This document shows, piece by piece, positions 1 to 10,023 of a stretch of DNA of 32,000 nucleotides. This DNA comes from Candidatus Brocadia sp. GTDB taxonomy: Bacteria; Planctomycetota; Brocadiia; Brocadiales; Brocadiaceae. The translations under genes were made by a program, and so were the position numbers. The stretch lies in the NCBI GenBank assembly GCA_021650915.1, contig CP091279.1:810001-842000 (forward strand), in the 5' to 3' direction. Position 1 is the first letter of the stretch. Every line of letters begins with the position of its first letter. The notes under the pieces were generated by a model. That model was not told the origin of the DNA, did no database searches, and saw nothing but the letters and a program-made list of their open reading frames with translations.

Positions 1-552
1 TTTCTGAGATACAACTACTTTCGCGGCTCTTAACACTAAATTATTTAATAGATAACCTCGTTGAATCTCCTCCAATACAGTATCTTCAGGCACATCATTA
101 TTAACCTTTTGCATCATGACCTCATGCTTATAGACGTCTAAGTGCAAACCCACAGAAGGTATTGGTTCCAGGCCTTCCGACTTCAAGATACGTGAAAATT
201 CCTTGTAAATCATTTTAACCCCTTCAAGAAGATCATTTTCTTTTGTATCCGTCGTTGTGCAGACTGCTTTTCCCAAGCACTCGTAAATATCCAGGAGTTT
301 TTTAATGAGTGACTCAGCAGCAGTACGCTCAATCGTTTGACGTTCTTTTGCAGCCCATTTTTTATAGTTTTCAAAATCTGCTGCCAGGCGTCGCATCGAT
401 TCCTGAAGTTCGCTAATTCTCTTCTTATTTACCTCGAGTTCCTGTTTCAGTGATTGAATTATTATTTGCTGTTCTGCAAACAATACCTCAGAAGGTTGCA
501 CAACTTCCATTTTTTCGGATGGATTAGCATCCTTTTCTGTTCCATTCGACAT
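1..552 (-). CDS. grpE: Nucleotide exchange factor GrpE (3' end runs off the left window edge)
   Basis: Absent from the ORF track because no stop codon lies in the window. Own translation of the minus strand from ATG 552..550 stays open in frame to base 1: MSNGTEKDANPSEKMEVVQPSEVLFAEQQIIIQSLKQELEVNKKRISELQESMRRLAADFENYKKWAAKERQTIERTAAESLIKKLLDIYECLGKA...RGYLLNNLVLRAAKVVVSQK. The coiled-coil N-half, the DFENYKK motif and the C-terminal GY.L..RVLR.A.V.V pattern are typical GrpE. Confidence 0.85.
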   Translation of the reverse strand, partial: MSNGTEKDANPSEKMEVVQPSEVLFAEQQIIIQSLKQELEVNKKRISELQESMRRLAADFENYKKWAAKERQTIERTAAESLIKKLLDIYECLGKAVCTTTDTKENDLLEGVKMIYKEFSRILKSEGLEPIPSVGLHLDVYKHEVMMQKVNNDVPEDTVLEEIQRGYLLNNLVLRAAKVVVSQK

Positions 553-618
553 GGTAATCTTACCCTAAATAATCTTCCCAAAATACAACTTTTGCAGACT
601 TATTTCACAAATATGGTT

Positions 619-649
619 ATTATAATACCATAATTAAAATCTCTGTCAA
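619..649 (-). promoter_or_regulatory. Possible sigma70-type promoter upstream of grpE
   Basis: Minus strand reads TTGACA (649..644), a 19-nt spacer, then TATAAT (624..619), about 65 nt upstream of the grpE ATG. The spacer is longer than optimal. Confidence 0.2.
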
Positions 650-669
650 CGAGTTGCTGACGGAATCAG

Positions 670-1371
670 CTACATCCCGCCTTCTCTTAAAATTTTTGCA
701 AGCATCGCTACCTGCCGAAGAGGAATGCTGGTCTCATGCAACCCTTTTATGGTTGCTTCAATGTCATAGTGAACCCGTTTTATCTCAGCATGTCCATCCT
801 CCCATACTGCATACGACGCCATAGGAATGCCATCACGCGGCTGACCTACACTTCCAGGATTTACCACCGTAACGCCCCTGATCATACGAACCATGGGCAA
901 GTGGGTGTGTCCCAGAAAGACGACGTCGGCAGAAACATCCGTTAGTTCTGAATCCCATTGCTCGTCGGAGACATCTGGCCTGAGATATTTATAAAGATCA
1001 CCGCCGGGTGACCCATGTGATAATAAAAATTTTTTCCCATCGCTTTCTAAAAGTGCCGATACGGGTAAATTACCAAGATATTCTTTTTCTTCTGCATTTA
1101 AAACAGCCCTCGAAAACACCTTCCCGGCATTACTAAGTTCCTGATATTTCACGGAACACCCGCACTCTGCATTCCTGCCAATAGCGTTATCGTGATTTCC
1201 CCGAACTACCGTGTTGGTTAATCCTCTGATCCTCTCCATACAGAGACGAGGATAATGTCCGTAATTCACTATGTCACCAAGACAAAAAACCATATCGGCG
1301 CGTTCTGAGACCGCGTCTAATGCCGCCAAATTGCCATGAACGTCTGAAATGACCAGGATCTTCATGTACAC
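670..1371 (-). CDS. Calcineurin-like metallophosphoesterase (YfcE/MJ0936-type)
   Basis: 233-aa ORF with the motif series DVHGN, GD(I)VNYG, GNHD, GHTH. The likely true start is MKILVISDVHG at 1365. Confidence 0.85.
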   Translation of the reverse strand: MYMKILVISDVHGNLAALDAVSERADMVFCLGDIVNYGHYPRLCMERIRGLTNTVVRGNHDNAIGRNAECGCSVKYQELSNAGKVFSRAVLNAEEKEYLGNLPVSALLESDGKKFLLSHGSPGGDLYKYLRPDVSDEQWDSELTDVSADVVFLGHTHLPMVRMIRGVTVVNPGSVGQPRDGIPMASYAVWEDGHAEIKRVHYDIEATIKGLHETSIPLRQVAMLAKILREGGM

Positions 1372-1530
1372 GGTATCATTTGACTACTCAGTATAAATAG
1401 TTCGTAAAACTATGTATTATACTGATATAATATTGCTAATCAAGCACTATCTGATACCTTTAAATAACCCTGCGCGTTTTGGTAGTCAGCCCGTACCCGC
1501 GTGCTATAAATCGGAGGAGAAAAATTTATT

Positions 1531-2946
1531 ATGAGGATTGTTGAAAACCTTGTGACGTTTCGTTTAAGACTTAAAAATTCCCCTGGTACCCTTGGAAAGG
1601 CCCTTACGACCATCGGCAAGTCGGGTGGAAGTATGGGTAACATTCAAATTATTAAGGCCGACAAGGATTTTAAAATCAGGGATCTGGCAGTGTATGTTAG
1701 CACCGACGAACAAGTTAAAGAAATTGTGAACACGCTTTCTGCCCTTGGAAAAGACCATGTTGAGGTCATTTCTGTTAAGGACAAGGTCTTTGAACTCCAT
1801 GAAAAGGGAAAGATTTCCATAAGTAACCGCATTGGCATTACGACATTTGAAGACCTTTCACGGGTTTATACCCCTGGTGTAGCCAAAGTATGCAAGGCGA
1901 TCCAGAAGCGTCCGGAACTGGCAAGGGAATATACGATCATCAAAAATACCGTCGCCGTTGTCACCGACGGCACGGCAATCCTGGGATTAGGTGATATTGG
2001 CCCGGTAGCCGGAATGCCTGTTATGGAAGGCAAAGCCATGCTGTTCAAGGCATTTGGCAATATTGATGCGTTTCCCATTTTACTGAATACCAGGGACACT
2101 GATGAAATCGTTAAAACGATGGTAAACATTTCCTCTACTTTTGGCGGCATAAATCTCGAGGATATCTCTGCTCCCCGATGCTTTGAGATTGAAAGACGAT
2201 TGAAGGAAATCTTACCGGTTCCCGTTTTCCATGATGACCAGCACGGCACTGCAGTGGTCTGTCTTGCCGGTCTCCTTAACGCCTTGAAAGTAGTAAACAA
2301 AACAATAGAAAACATTTCTGCAGTTATCAGTGGTGCAGGCGCCGCAGGAATATCGATTGCTCACATGCTTATACATGCAGGAGCAAAGGACATTGTGGTT
2401 TGCGATACTTCCGGTATCATTTACAAAGGGAGAACAACTAATATGAATTTGGAGAAAGAGGCGCTTGCGCAGATCACGAATCAAAAAAACGAAAGAGGGA
2501 CGATTGCAGATGCGATGGTGGGAAAAGATGTTTTCATTGGCGTCTCTGGTCCCAATTCTATTACAAGAGACATGGTAAAGACCATGCAAAAAGACTCCAT
2601 TGTATTCGCCATGGCAAATCCCAATCCGGAAATCGAGCCGGATTTAATCGAGGATATTGCAAGGATAGTTGCCACCGGACGATCAGATTATCATAATCAA
2701 ATCAATAATGTGCTTTGTTTTCCCGGTCTTTTTCGTGGTGCATTAGATAGCGGGGCAACGACGATCAATGATACCATGAACATGGCTGCAGCTTATGCTA
2801 TCGCGCACGCTATTGAGGAGGAGCATCTCTCTGAGGATTACATTATACCAAGCGTATTCAATGAAAAAGTGCATAAAAACGTGGCTAGGGCGGTAGCGGA
2901 TGCAGCTATGAAAACCGGTGTTGCCAGACGAAACATCTTTTCATGA
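1531..2946 (+). CDS. NAD(P)-dependent malic enzyme with N-terminal ACT-like domain
   Basis: 471 aa. Residues ~1-80 look like an ACT fold (LRLKNSPGTLGKALTTIGKSGG..I). The rest carries malic-enzyme signatures: SRVYTPGVA, VVTDGTAILGLGDIG, PVMEGKAMLFK, FHDDQHGTA, and a GAGAAG Rossmann motif. GGAGG lies 8 nt upstream of the ATG. Confidence 0.9.
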   Translation: MRIVENLVTFRLRLKNSPGTLGKALTTIGKSGGSMGNIQIIKADKDFKIRDLAVYVSTDEQVKEIVNTLSALGKDHVEVISVKDKVFELHEKGKISISNRIGITTFEDLSRVYTPGVAKVCKAIQKRPELAREYTIIKNTVAVVTDGTAILGLGDIGPVAGMPVMEGKAMLFKAFGNIDAFPILLNTRDTDEIVKTMVNISSTFGGINLEDISAPRCFEIERRLKEILPVPVFHDDQHGTAVVCLAGLLNALKVVNKTIENISAVISGAGAAGISIAHMLIHAGAKDIVVCDTSGIIYKGRTTNMNLEKEALAQITNQKNERGTIADAMVGKDVFIGVSGPNSITRDMVKTMQKDSIVFAMANPNPEIEPDLIEDIARIVATGRSDYHNQINNVLCFPGLFRGALDSGATTINDTMNMAAAYAIAHAIEEEHLSEDYIIPSVFNEKVHKNVARAVADAAMKTGVARRNIFS

Positions 2947-2965
2947 ATACCCAGCGAAACACGCC

Positions 2966-4153
2966 TTACCGGATACCTTCTATTTCCGTGTCAATGCCCT
3001 TGGAACTGCAATCGATTTCGATAGGAGAAATCTTGTTTTTCATATTGTCAGTCAGGAGTCTTATTTTGGGCTTTAATAGCTGGTGGGTATTTAACGAAGA
3101 TACTACTCCGGTAAAATTCATATACTTGCCATTCTTAATTCTTATTTCACAACCTACCGGATATTTAGGTACGACACTTAAAAAGCAGTCAACCAATTCT
3201 TTGTTGAATTGCGATCCTGCCCCGTTTTTTATCATTTCATACACCACGTCAGGCGGCAATCCCGGACGATATGGCCTGTCTGAACTACAGGCATCATAAA
3301 CATCTGCAAGCGCTGCAATCTCCGCAATCATAATCATTTTCTCTTGCTCAGTGAAAGTGACACCTTTGTCGTCGAGCTTGTTCGTACCTTTCAGTCCGCG
3401 CGGATACCCCTTGCCATCCTGTCTTTCATGGTGCTGGTAAGGAATATGAGCTGAGACTATCCCAATATTGTGAATATCTTTCAGTAATTCATATCCATAG
3501 GTGGGATGTTGTTTCACAGCACTAAATTCTTCTGCCGTTAATTTCCCGGCCTTGTTAATTATTTTTTCATCGATAAAGATCTTTCCGATATCGTGCAGAA
3601 ACTCGCCAATCGCAATCTGTACTAATTTTTCCCTGACAAGGTGGAGTTTTTTCCCAATAATTAAGGATATTACTGCCGTATCAATTGAATGCTCATAGGT
3701 GTAGTTATCAATGCTTCTTATCGAATTCAGCCCGGACAAAATATCCTGATTCATAATTTCATCAATGAAATAGTTTATATCATTACACAGTTGTTTAAAG
3801 GCTTGACTTTCTTGAAATGATTTTTTGATCTTTGGCGCGTTAATGCATTTTATGATGGACTCTGCAGTTTTGGCCTCTATATTTGTTATGGCGGACTGAG
3901 TTATCTTATACGTCTTAAAAATATTTTTTGTAGACATAATCCGGATTTTATCAGATATCGGATCATTCAAGACAATGTCCGCCGTTTCACCATCGTCAAT
4001 ATAAATTCGGACAAACCCTCTGTTTTTCAAAAGGGTGATATAGGTATTTGTTAACACAACTCCTTTGTTTAACAACACCTCATAATTATATCCGTAAATG
4101 GTGTTGCCAAGAACCATGCCCGGCTCGGCTGAATTTATGTTAATTCGTCTCAT
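2966..4153 (-). CDS. HD-GYP domain protein (putative c-di-GMP phosphodiesterase)
   Basis: 395 aa with HDIGK ... HHERQDGKGYPRGL (the HD and HHExxDGxGYP signatures), flanked by N- and C-terminal accessory regions. Confidence 0.85.
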   Translation of the reverse strand: MRRININSAEPGMVLGNTIYGYNYEVLLNKGVVLTNTYITLLKNRGFVRIYIDDGETADIVLNDPISDKIRIMSTKNIFKTYKITQSAITNIEAKTAESIIKCINAPKIKKSFQESQAFKQLCNDINYFIDEIMNQDILSGLNSIRSIDNYTYEHSIDTAVISLIIGKKLHLVREKLVQIAIGEFLHDIGKIFIDEKIINKAGKLTAEEFSAVKQHPTYGYELLKDIHNIGIVSAHIPYQHHERQDGKGYPRGLKGTNKLDDKGVTFTEQEKMIMIAEIAALADVYDACSSDRPYRPGLPPDVVYEMIKNGAGSQFNKELVDCFLSVVPKYPVGCEIRIKNGKYMNFTGVVSSLNTHQLLKPKIRLLTDNMKNKISPIEIDCSSKGIDTEIEGIR

Positions 4154-4174
4154 ACGGTCAACAGTTAGGTCATT

Positions 4175-5338
4175 TTATAAGATTGTTTTGTTCGCGTTAT
4201 TTTTGCGGCTGCCTCGCCATTCACGCCAGCCCAAAAGATAATTCCATGCGGAAGAGAACGTCATAGCCAGATACAACAAGCCTGCAACAGGCAGCGAAAA
4301 AATTCTCCCCGCGTTCAGGTTAAAAAAACGAATGGTAGGGAAGTAGGTAAAGGCCATGGATACAAGAGCAATACCAGAAGGTATCAGCATACCTTTTTTA
4401 CCAGATGCAGAAGCGGCTATTCCTGCTACCGGGGATACAAATAAAATAAACAATCCGGTTGCCGTTCCCATTAAAAGTAACCATGAATAGTGCAGCTGTG
4501 CAAAGGCATTACGGGCAACCATATTCCAAATTTCACGGAGCCCAAAATACGGACGAATACTAATTGCCGATTTCGTCAGTGAAAGGGAGATCGGCATACC
4601 GGCTCGCTTGATTCTGATCGCAAGGGCAATATCATCAATCCATGCATCGCAGTAACTGGCTATCCCCCCTATTGCATTCAATGCCTTTCGTGAAACAAGA
4701 ATACACCCACCGGCGGCTGCTGATGTTTTAGACCGCATATCCTGCACTTCTGTAAAAGGATAAAGAAAGTGAAAGAAATATACAAACGCAGGAATAAGTA
4801 ATCGAGCCCAAAATCCACGGGTATCCAAGAGCGCCATCAGTGAAACCAATTCCCGTTGCTCCGCTATGGCCTTTGCTACCAGTCCTTGCCAGAGATGCGG
4901 ATTGTGATAAATATCCGCGTCGGTAAACAATAACCATTCACCTGATGAAATTCTTACTCCCTGCTCAAGCGCCCAGAGCTTTCCACTCCATCCGGATGGA
5001 GTGGAAATACCGTCAAGGACTTGCACCTTACAGTTTGACTGCGCCGAAATTTTTCTGGCATTTTCAGCTGTGCCATCAATCGATTCATCGTCTACCAGAA
5101 TAACTTCAGATGCCGGATAGTCTTGTTTTAACCACGAAGGCAATGTTATGGGAAGTGATGCACTCTCATTACGCGCTGGTATAATGACGGACAAAGTCGG
5201 CCATGGATGAATCCTTTCACGCAATTCGTCTGTTATATCCCATCGTTCAGAAATACGCCAGCGTTTGGGCATACAGAGCAATACAAGCCAGGTGATTGCG
5301 GAAATAATGCCAAAAATGAATAAAATCAAGCTACCCAT
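4175..5338 (-). CDS. Membrane-anchored family-2 glycosyltransferase
   Basis: 387 aa with an N-terminal TM helix. It has a GT-A core (LSVIIPARNE, ILVDDESIDGT, FTDAD as DxD) and hydrophobic C-terminal segments. It resembles the membrane GT2 class that includes hopanoid-associated HpnB, but I cannot verify that here. Confidence 0.8.
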   Translation of the reverse strand: MGSLILFIFGIISAITWLVLLCMPKRWRISERWDITDELRERIHPWPTLSVIIPARNESASLPITLPSWLKQDYPASEVILVDDESIDGTAENARKISAQSNCKVQVLDGISTPSGWSGKLWALEQGVRISSGEWLLFTDADIYHNPHLWQGLVAKAIAEQRELVSLMALLDTRGFWARLLIPAFVYFFHFLYPFTEVQDMRSKTSAAAGGCILVSRKALNAIGGIASYCDAWIDDIALAIRIKRAGMPISLSLTKSAISIRPYFGLREIWNMVARNAFAQLHYSWLLLMGTATGLFILFVSPVAGIAASASGKKGMLIPSGIALVSMAFTYFPTIRFFNLNAGRIFSLPVAGLLYLAMTFSSAWNYLLGWREWRGSRKNNANKTIL

Positions 5339-5357
5339 GATAAAGGAATAAGAAGGT

Positions 5358-7574
5358 TCAAGGTGTTTCTAAGAAAGAGATGATTTTATCCAGATCATAG
5401 GTTGGTGCCTTGCAGGCATAGTTTTCGCATATGTATGCTGTGACCTTGCTGTCAATGGGTTTAAGGTCTTTTACAAATTGCACCATTTCTTTAAGGGTTC
5501 TATCTTTTGGGGAATGAAGCAGCAAGACCGTTCTCGGCAGGAACCGCTTTCCTATCTCCGTGAGTATCTGTTCTGTGTCTTTGTGTCCGGCTTCTCCGGC
5601 GATGACGATCTCTTGTGTTGGTCCCAGGGCAAAATCCAGGGCACATAAAAATTGGGTATAGCCTGATGGATACTGGCGTATCGTTTCTCCAAAGGTTTTC
5701 ATAAGTTGTTCCGCCATTTTTTCTGAATTCGGGTTTCCCGTTAACCGTCCCAGGCGTAAAACATTCAGGAAAGCAACTGAATTCCCCGAAGGAGTTGCCC
5801 CGTCATACATATCCTTTGTCTGAGCAATCAGCAGTTCATTCTGCTTGCCACTGAAGAAAAACCCCCCCCCTTTTTCATCCCAGAAATTTTCAATCATGTT
5901 CTTGTGCATTTCTAACGCGGTTTTCAGGTATTTTGTCTCAAACGTGGCTTCATACATTTCGATCAGGCCCCAAACAAAATATGCATAATCGTCCAGATAT
6001 GCTGGAATTGCAGCCTCTCCCTGCCTATGCCGTCTCAATAATGTTCCCTGGTTGTCGCGTAGATTTTTTAAAATAAAGTCAGTTGCATGCGCTGCCACCT
6101 GTGCAAACCTTGGTTCGTTTAAAGCCCGTGCACCTTTGGCAAGGGCAGCGATCATTAAACCATTCCAGGCGGTAAGTATCTTGTCGTCTTTGTGAGGACG
6201 AATTCGGTTTTCCCGAACGGCAAAGAGCTTTTCACGGGCTGTGCGTAATAAATCCTGTAGCTTCTCCGGGTGAATTCCTTCCAGCCTGACAAAGGCATCG
6301 AAGGACTTATCAACATGCAGGATATTCTTTCCTTCAAAATTGCCTTCATCGGAGACGTCATAATAGTCGCAGAAGATTTTGCCATCTTTCTCCCCAAGAG
6401 TCTTTATAATTTCATCGGGTGTCCATACATAAAACTTGCCTTCAACCCCTTCGCTGTCGGCATCCTCGGCAGAATAAAAACCACCATCCGGAGAAGTCAT
6501 ATCCCTCAAAACATACCGGAAAATATCTTTTACGATATCAGCATAATAGGCCTTGCCTGTTGCCTGATATGCCTCGGCATAAGCAATGGCCGTTAATGCC
6601 TGATCGTAAAGCATCTTTTCAAAATGAGGGACAAGCCAGTATTCGTCCGTGGAATATCGGTGAAATCCGCCACCCAACTGGTCGTACATGCCACCCCGGC
6701 CCATCCGTTCCAGGGTTTTCTCCACCATCTCCAAGGCTGTAGGGTCGTTGCTCCGTTTCCACCACCGAAGGAGAAAGGTGTAGTTATGGGGGGTGGGAAA
6801 CTTGGGAGACGAGCCAAATCCACCATAAACGGAATCAAAGGCATCTCTTAATTGTTCGTAGGCATGTTTCAGCGTCTCACCGGTTAGAGGTTCTCCTGGT
6901 GTTGTGACAGGCATGGATTGTATGGCCTTCGTCACCTGCTCGCTTGAGGCAATAGCGCTCTCAGCATTGGTCTTCCATAAATCGGAAATCTTTTTGAGGA
7001 TAGCAATAAACCCGGGATTTCCGTACCGTTCCGTTTTCGGGAAATAGGTGCCGGCATAAAATGGTTTTCTTTCCTGAGTTAAAAAAATATTAAGGGGCCA
7101 ACCACCGCTTCCTGTTATGGCCTGGCAAACGGCCATATAAATAGTATCAATATCAGGTCGTTCTTCCCTGTCAACCTTGATGGACACGAAATTATCATTT
7201 AGTAGCTTTGCAACCTCTTCATCCTCAAACGATTCAGCCTCCATGACGTGGCACCAGTGACAGGTTGAGTAGCCAATGGAAAGGAAAATGGGTTTGTTTT
7301 CCCTGATAGCCTTCTGAAAAGCTTCTTCGCCCCACGGATACCAATTGACGGGGTTATACGCATGTTGCAACAGGTATGGACTTTTTTCATGAATTAAGCG
7401 ATTCGGCTTTCCTTTATGAGAAGCATTTATTTCCTGCTGCGACGGCGAAGGAATTCTGTTATTGTTTGCATTCATATCGTTAAAGACGCAACCTTTCATA
7501 AAAATTGCAAGAATGATACTTCGGACGGGAAGAAAGTAGGCGCTGCAGACAAAGGTTGATAACAGTTTACCCAT
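5358..7574 (-). CDS. Thioredoxin-domain protein, DUF255/YyaL family
   Basis: 738 aa. [22 protein letters not shown]...[16 protein letters not shown] is the characteristic YyaL N-terminal thioredoxin-fold motif, followed by a long alpha-toroid-like region. The true start may be internal (MNANNN...). Confidence 0.85.
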   Translation of the reverse strand: MGKLLSTFVCSAYFLPVRSIILAIFMKGCVFNDMNANNNRIPSPSQQEINASHKGKPNRLIHEKSPYLLQHAYNPVNWYPWGEEAFQKAIRENKPIFLSIGYSTCHWCHVMEAESFEDEEVAKLLNDNFVSIKVDREERPDIDTIYMAVCQAITGSGGWPLNIFLTQERKPFYAGTYFPKTERYGNPGFIAILKKISDLWKTNAESAIASSEQVTKAIQSMPVTTPGEPLTGETLKHAYEQLRDAFDSVYGGFGSSPKFPTPHNYTFLLRWWKRSNDPTALEMVEKTLERMGRGGMYDQLGGGFHRYSTDEYWLVPHFEKMLYDQALTAIAYAEAYQATGKAYYADIVKDIFRYVLRDMTSPDGGFYSAEDADSEGVEGKFYVWTPDEIIKTLGEKDGKIFCDYYDVSDEGNFEGKNILHVDKSFDAFVRLEGIHPEKLQDLLRTAREKLFAVRENRIRPHKDDKILTAWNGLMIAALAKGARALNEPRFAQVAAHATDFILKNLRDNQGTLLRRHRQGEAAIPAYLDDYAYFVWGLIEMYEATFETKYLKTALEMHKNMIENFWDEKGGGFFFSGKQNELLIAQTKDMYDGATPSGNSVAFLNVLRLGRLTGNPNSEKMAEQLMKTFGETIRQYPSGYTQFLCALDFALGPTQEIVIAGEAGHKDTEQILTEIGKRFLPRTVLLLHSPKDRTLKEMVQFVKDLKPIDSKVTAYICENYACKAPTYDLDKIISFLETP

Positions 7575-7748
7575 ACCGTATTGTGTACCAAATATTTAAT
7601 GAGATAAAACATGCTGCTTGCATAAATGAAAATTAACCGTCTTATGCATTTGTCCGGCGTTCTGGTTCAGCCCCACTTTCAGGCGGGTAACTGCGCAAGA
7701 TTAAGCCCGTCTTGCTTACCTCAAACGTAAAATGTATTATACGCCAGA

Positions 7749-8090
7749 TTACTTCAGGGTATTTTGTCTTTTCTTGCCTTTTATAACATCCTCAGCCCAG
7801 GTTACCGCGGCAATAACGGTTGGAAATCCGATAGTACTGGTGAGGAGGAGTAATGCATGATAGATTGCTTCCGGCGTTACCCCTGCTTCAAGCGCCCGCC
7901 TTACGTGACTGTGCACGGCGCCTTCAGAATGAATCGTTGCTGCTGCAGCGAGTTGAACCAGGTGAATGGTCTTTTCATCCAGAGGACCTTCCTGTTTTGC
8001 AACCTTCCCAAGCTCCTCAACTGCATTGAAAAACTTCTCATGCCTCTTCTTAATCCGGAGAAACGGTTGTGGTAATTTTCCCTTTGGCAT
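7749..8090 (-). CDS. Carboxymuconolactone decarboxylase (AhpD-like) family protein
   Basis: 113 aa. The all-helical pattern with HLVQLAAAATIHSEGAVHSHVRRALEAG is typical of the CMD/AhpD core. GGAGGA lies upstream of the ATG. Confidence 0.75.
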   Translation of the reverse strand: MPKGKLPQPFLRIKKRHEKFFNAVEELGKVAKQEGPLDEKTIHLVQLAAAATIHSEGAVHSHVRRALEAGVTPEAIYHALLLLTSTIGFPTVIAAVTWAEDVIKGKKRQNTLK

Positions 8091-8277
8091 ATTTTCCTCC
8101 TTGTTTTGATAAATGATGTTGCTGATTTATAACACCCTCCGACAGCACTCTGATTATAGCATGGCGTTCTAAAAAGTGCATGATAAATAGTTTCAATACC
8201 CGGCGATTATATCCTCTGTCTCTAAAGAATCCACAGACATTTTACACTGCTCTGTGAGGCAGTGATGGGTTTTTCTC

Positions 8278-8306
8278 TTGCAAAGACGTATAATTATGGT
8301 ATAAAT
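8278..8306 (+). promoter_or_regulatory. Possible promoter for the tRNA pair
   Basis: TTGCAA (8278..8283), a 17-nt spacer, then ATAAAT (8301..8306), ~55 nt upstream of tRNA-Arg. Confidence 0.3.
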
Positions 8307-8362
8307 GAAAATATCTGTTAGCACGCTATTCTATCGATAGCTATCTTAATTATTTGTTATTT

Positions 8363-8439
<77 letters not shown>

Positions 8440-8478
8440 TACAGAAATATTTCATCAATACATACATTCCCATGATGT

Positions 8479-8556
8479 GGTGAGCGTAGCTCAGTTGGAT
8501 AGAGCATTAGACTGTGGCTCTAAGGGTCGCGGGTTCGAATCCCGTCGCTCACCCCA
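8479..8556 (+). tRNA. tRNA-His (anticodon GTG) with genome-encoded G-1 and CCA
   Basis: Folded by hand. Acceptor gtgagcg/cgctcac, anticodon stem ttaga/tctaa with loop ct-GTG-gc, T arm gcggg-ttcgaat-cccgt. An extra 5' g at 8479 sits opposite discriminator c8553. cca is at 8554..8556. Confidence 0.95.
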
Positions 8557-8566
8557 AGTAACTCAT

Positions 8567-8597
8567 TGCAGGTCAAAAACTTAGTTTTTGACCTGCA
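8567..8597 (+). terminator. Perfect 14-bp hairpin immediately after tRNA-His
   Basis: tgcaggtcaaaaac (8567..8580), loop tta, gtttttgacctgca (8584..8597). No U-tract follows on either strand, so a terminator function is uncertain. It could be a processing or stability element. Confidence 0.35.
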
Positions 8598-9383
8598 AAA
8601 ATCTCTGACTCACACTATTCTTTCAAAATTCCCGTCCACTTTTTATATCAGCATTATATTTTAAATTGGCTTGGCTTGAAACCTGAATTCATCAGTCAGG
8701 GCAAAAGCTTTATCACAAGATAAGATAGAAGGGTAAAATTTCAGAAAAATTTGGAAATTAAAAACAACATACAAGAGGTTTCTTTTTTCTTGAATGGGGA
8801 AAAGAAACGAAAAACACGACGGACATGAATGCGCGAGATTGAAGTAGGATGTAAGCACGAATGGATTTGGGGCATTTACGGGCAGTTTATCGTCCAACCG
8901 ATATATCGTTGCTTCGGATATGCAAGTTATTGGGATAGTTCAAAGTTTATCATGGGCATAGTATTCAGAACTATGTGCCTGTCTACGCAAGCTTATGCTA
9001 ATTTACAAAAACATTTTACAAATAGTTACTCACAAAAGAGCAGGTTGAAAAACGGCGACAAATAAGTCTGGTCTCAGGCTAAATGAATCAGAAAATTAAT
9101 TTTTTCGATACGTCTGAAATAGAAAAAAATTTGTTCTGCACTTCGTCATTTTTCATAATGCAGAACCACGGGTTACAAAAAAATTATTTTTTTCGCAACA
9201 ATTTAGTTTTTTGACAAATCCCAACAGAGGTGATACTTACCATACCGTGTAGTGGCAGCTTTGAAACCTGCCCCTACACGGCAATATTATTTATAGAGAG
9301 ATTTTTTCAAGAAGCTAAGCTTTTATTTTGCGAATAAAATTTGAGTGCATTTGGTATTTCGGGCACACAGAGGTTCTGGTTGA

Positions 9384-9905
9384 TTATGCCTTGCCTAAGG
9401 TCTTTTTGCCAGGTTTCCATTCAACAGGACAAAGCTCTCCCGTCTGTAATGCCTTTAAAACCCTAAGAACTTCTTCAACACTCCTGCCAACACCCAGATC
9501 ATGAACTAGCTGGTATTTTACTTTACCCTCAGGGTCTATGATAAAGGTACCTCTTAAGGCAATACCTCTGTCTTCTATAAGTACGCAGTATTTTCTCGAA
9601 ACCTCCTTTGTCATATCACTCAGCCAGGGAAAATTGATTTTTCCAAGTTCTTTTAACCATGCCTTATGCGAAAATACGCTGTCAACACTTATTCCTAATA
9701 CTTGTGCACTCAGCGCCTTAAATTCACTATCTCGTTTTGAAAATTCGGTAATTTCCGTAGGACATATAAAAGTAAAATCAAGGGGATAGAAGAAAAGCAC
9801 AACCCACTTGCCTTTAAAATCATCCAGGCTAACCTCTTTGATCTGTTCGTCTACCAGTCCTTGTAATGTAAACTCAGGCGCATTTTGTCCAACTCTCACA
9901 CTCAT
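9384..9905 (-). CDS. Typical 2-Cys peroxiredoxin (AhpC/TSA family)
   Basis: 173 aa. FYPLDFTFICPTE holds the peroxidatic Cys and the C-terminal ELCPVEWKPG holds the resolving Cys. AAGGAGGG lies upstream of the ATG. Confidence 0.9.
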   Translation of the reverse strand: MSVRVGQNAPEFTLQGLVDEQIKEVSLDDFKGKWVVLFFYPLDFTFICPTEITEFSKRDSEFKALSAQVLGISVDSVFSHKAWLKELGKINFPWLSDMTKEVSRKYCVLIEDRGIALRGTFIIDPEGKVKYQLVHDLGVGRSVEEVLRVLKALQTGELCPVEWKPGKKTLGKA

Positions 9906-9958
9906 TGTACCCTCCTTGTCATTAATATGTAATCATTGTTAAATAAATATTAATTCTC

Positions 9959-9986
9959 ATTATAAAGATGGGATGTTTGTTGTCAA
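9959..9986 (-). promoter_or_regulatory. Sigma70-type promoter for the peroxiredoxin gene
   Basis: Minus strand reads TTGACA (9986..9981), a 16-nt spacer, then TATAAT (9964..9959), ~55 nt upstream of the ATG at 9905. Confidence 0.4.
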
Positions 9987-10023
9987 GGTATTTTTTGATT
10001 ATTGTTGCTGCTTGATTTTTACC

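Noticed and set aside
553-669. CIRCE (HrcA) operator upstream of grpE
   Set aside because: No TTAGCACTC-N9-GAGTGCTAA-like inverted repeat is present. The region holds only an AT-rich tatgg...ccata palindrome.
1440-2675. Several 64-149 aa minus-strand ORFs over the malic-enzyme gene; similar alternative-frame ORFs occur inside 5358-7574, 10729-12897, 13623-15740, 16379-18841 and 24527-29719
   Set aside because: All lie within, antisense to, or in another frame of long ORFs with strong family signatures. They show no motifs of their own.
8661-9065. Two overlapping 78-aa ORFs in the tRNA-prx gap
   Set aside because: They have no Shine-Dalgarno-like sequence, an odd Cys/Phe/Tyr-rich composition, mutual overlap on opposite strands and no recognisable motif. 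The region is reported as an ORF-poor gap instead.
8440-9383. Integrated element at the tRNA-His 3' end
   Set aside because: I found no integrase or recombinase ORF, and no second copy of the tRNA 3' segment (ggttcgaatcccgtcgctcac) downstream that would mark an attR site.
9940-9966. PerR/Fur-type box at the peroxiredoxin promoter (ttataatgagaatta)
   Set aside because: By hand it matches only about 11 of 14 defined positions of TTATAATnATTATAA and has poor dyad symmetry. In AT-rich promoter DNA this is not distinguishable from chance.
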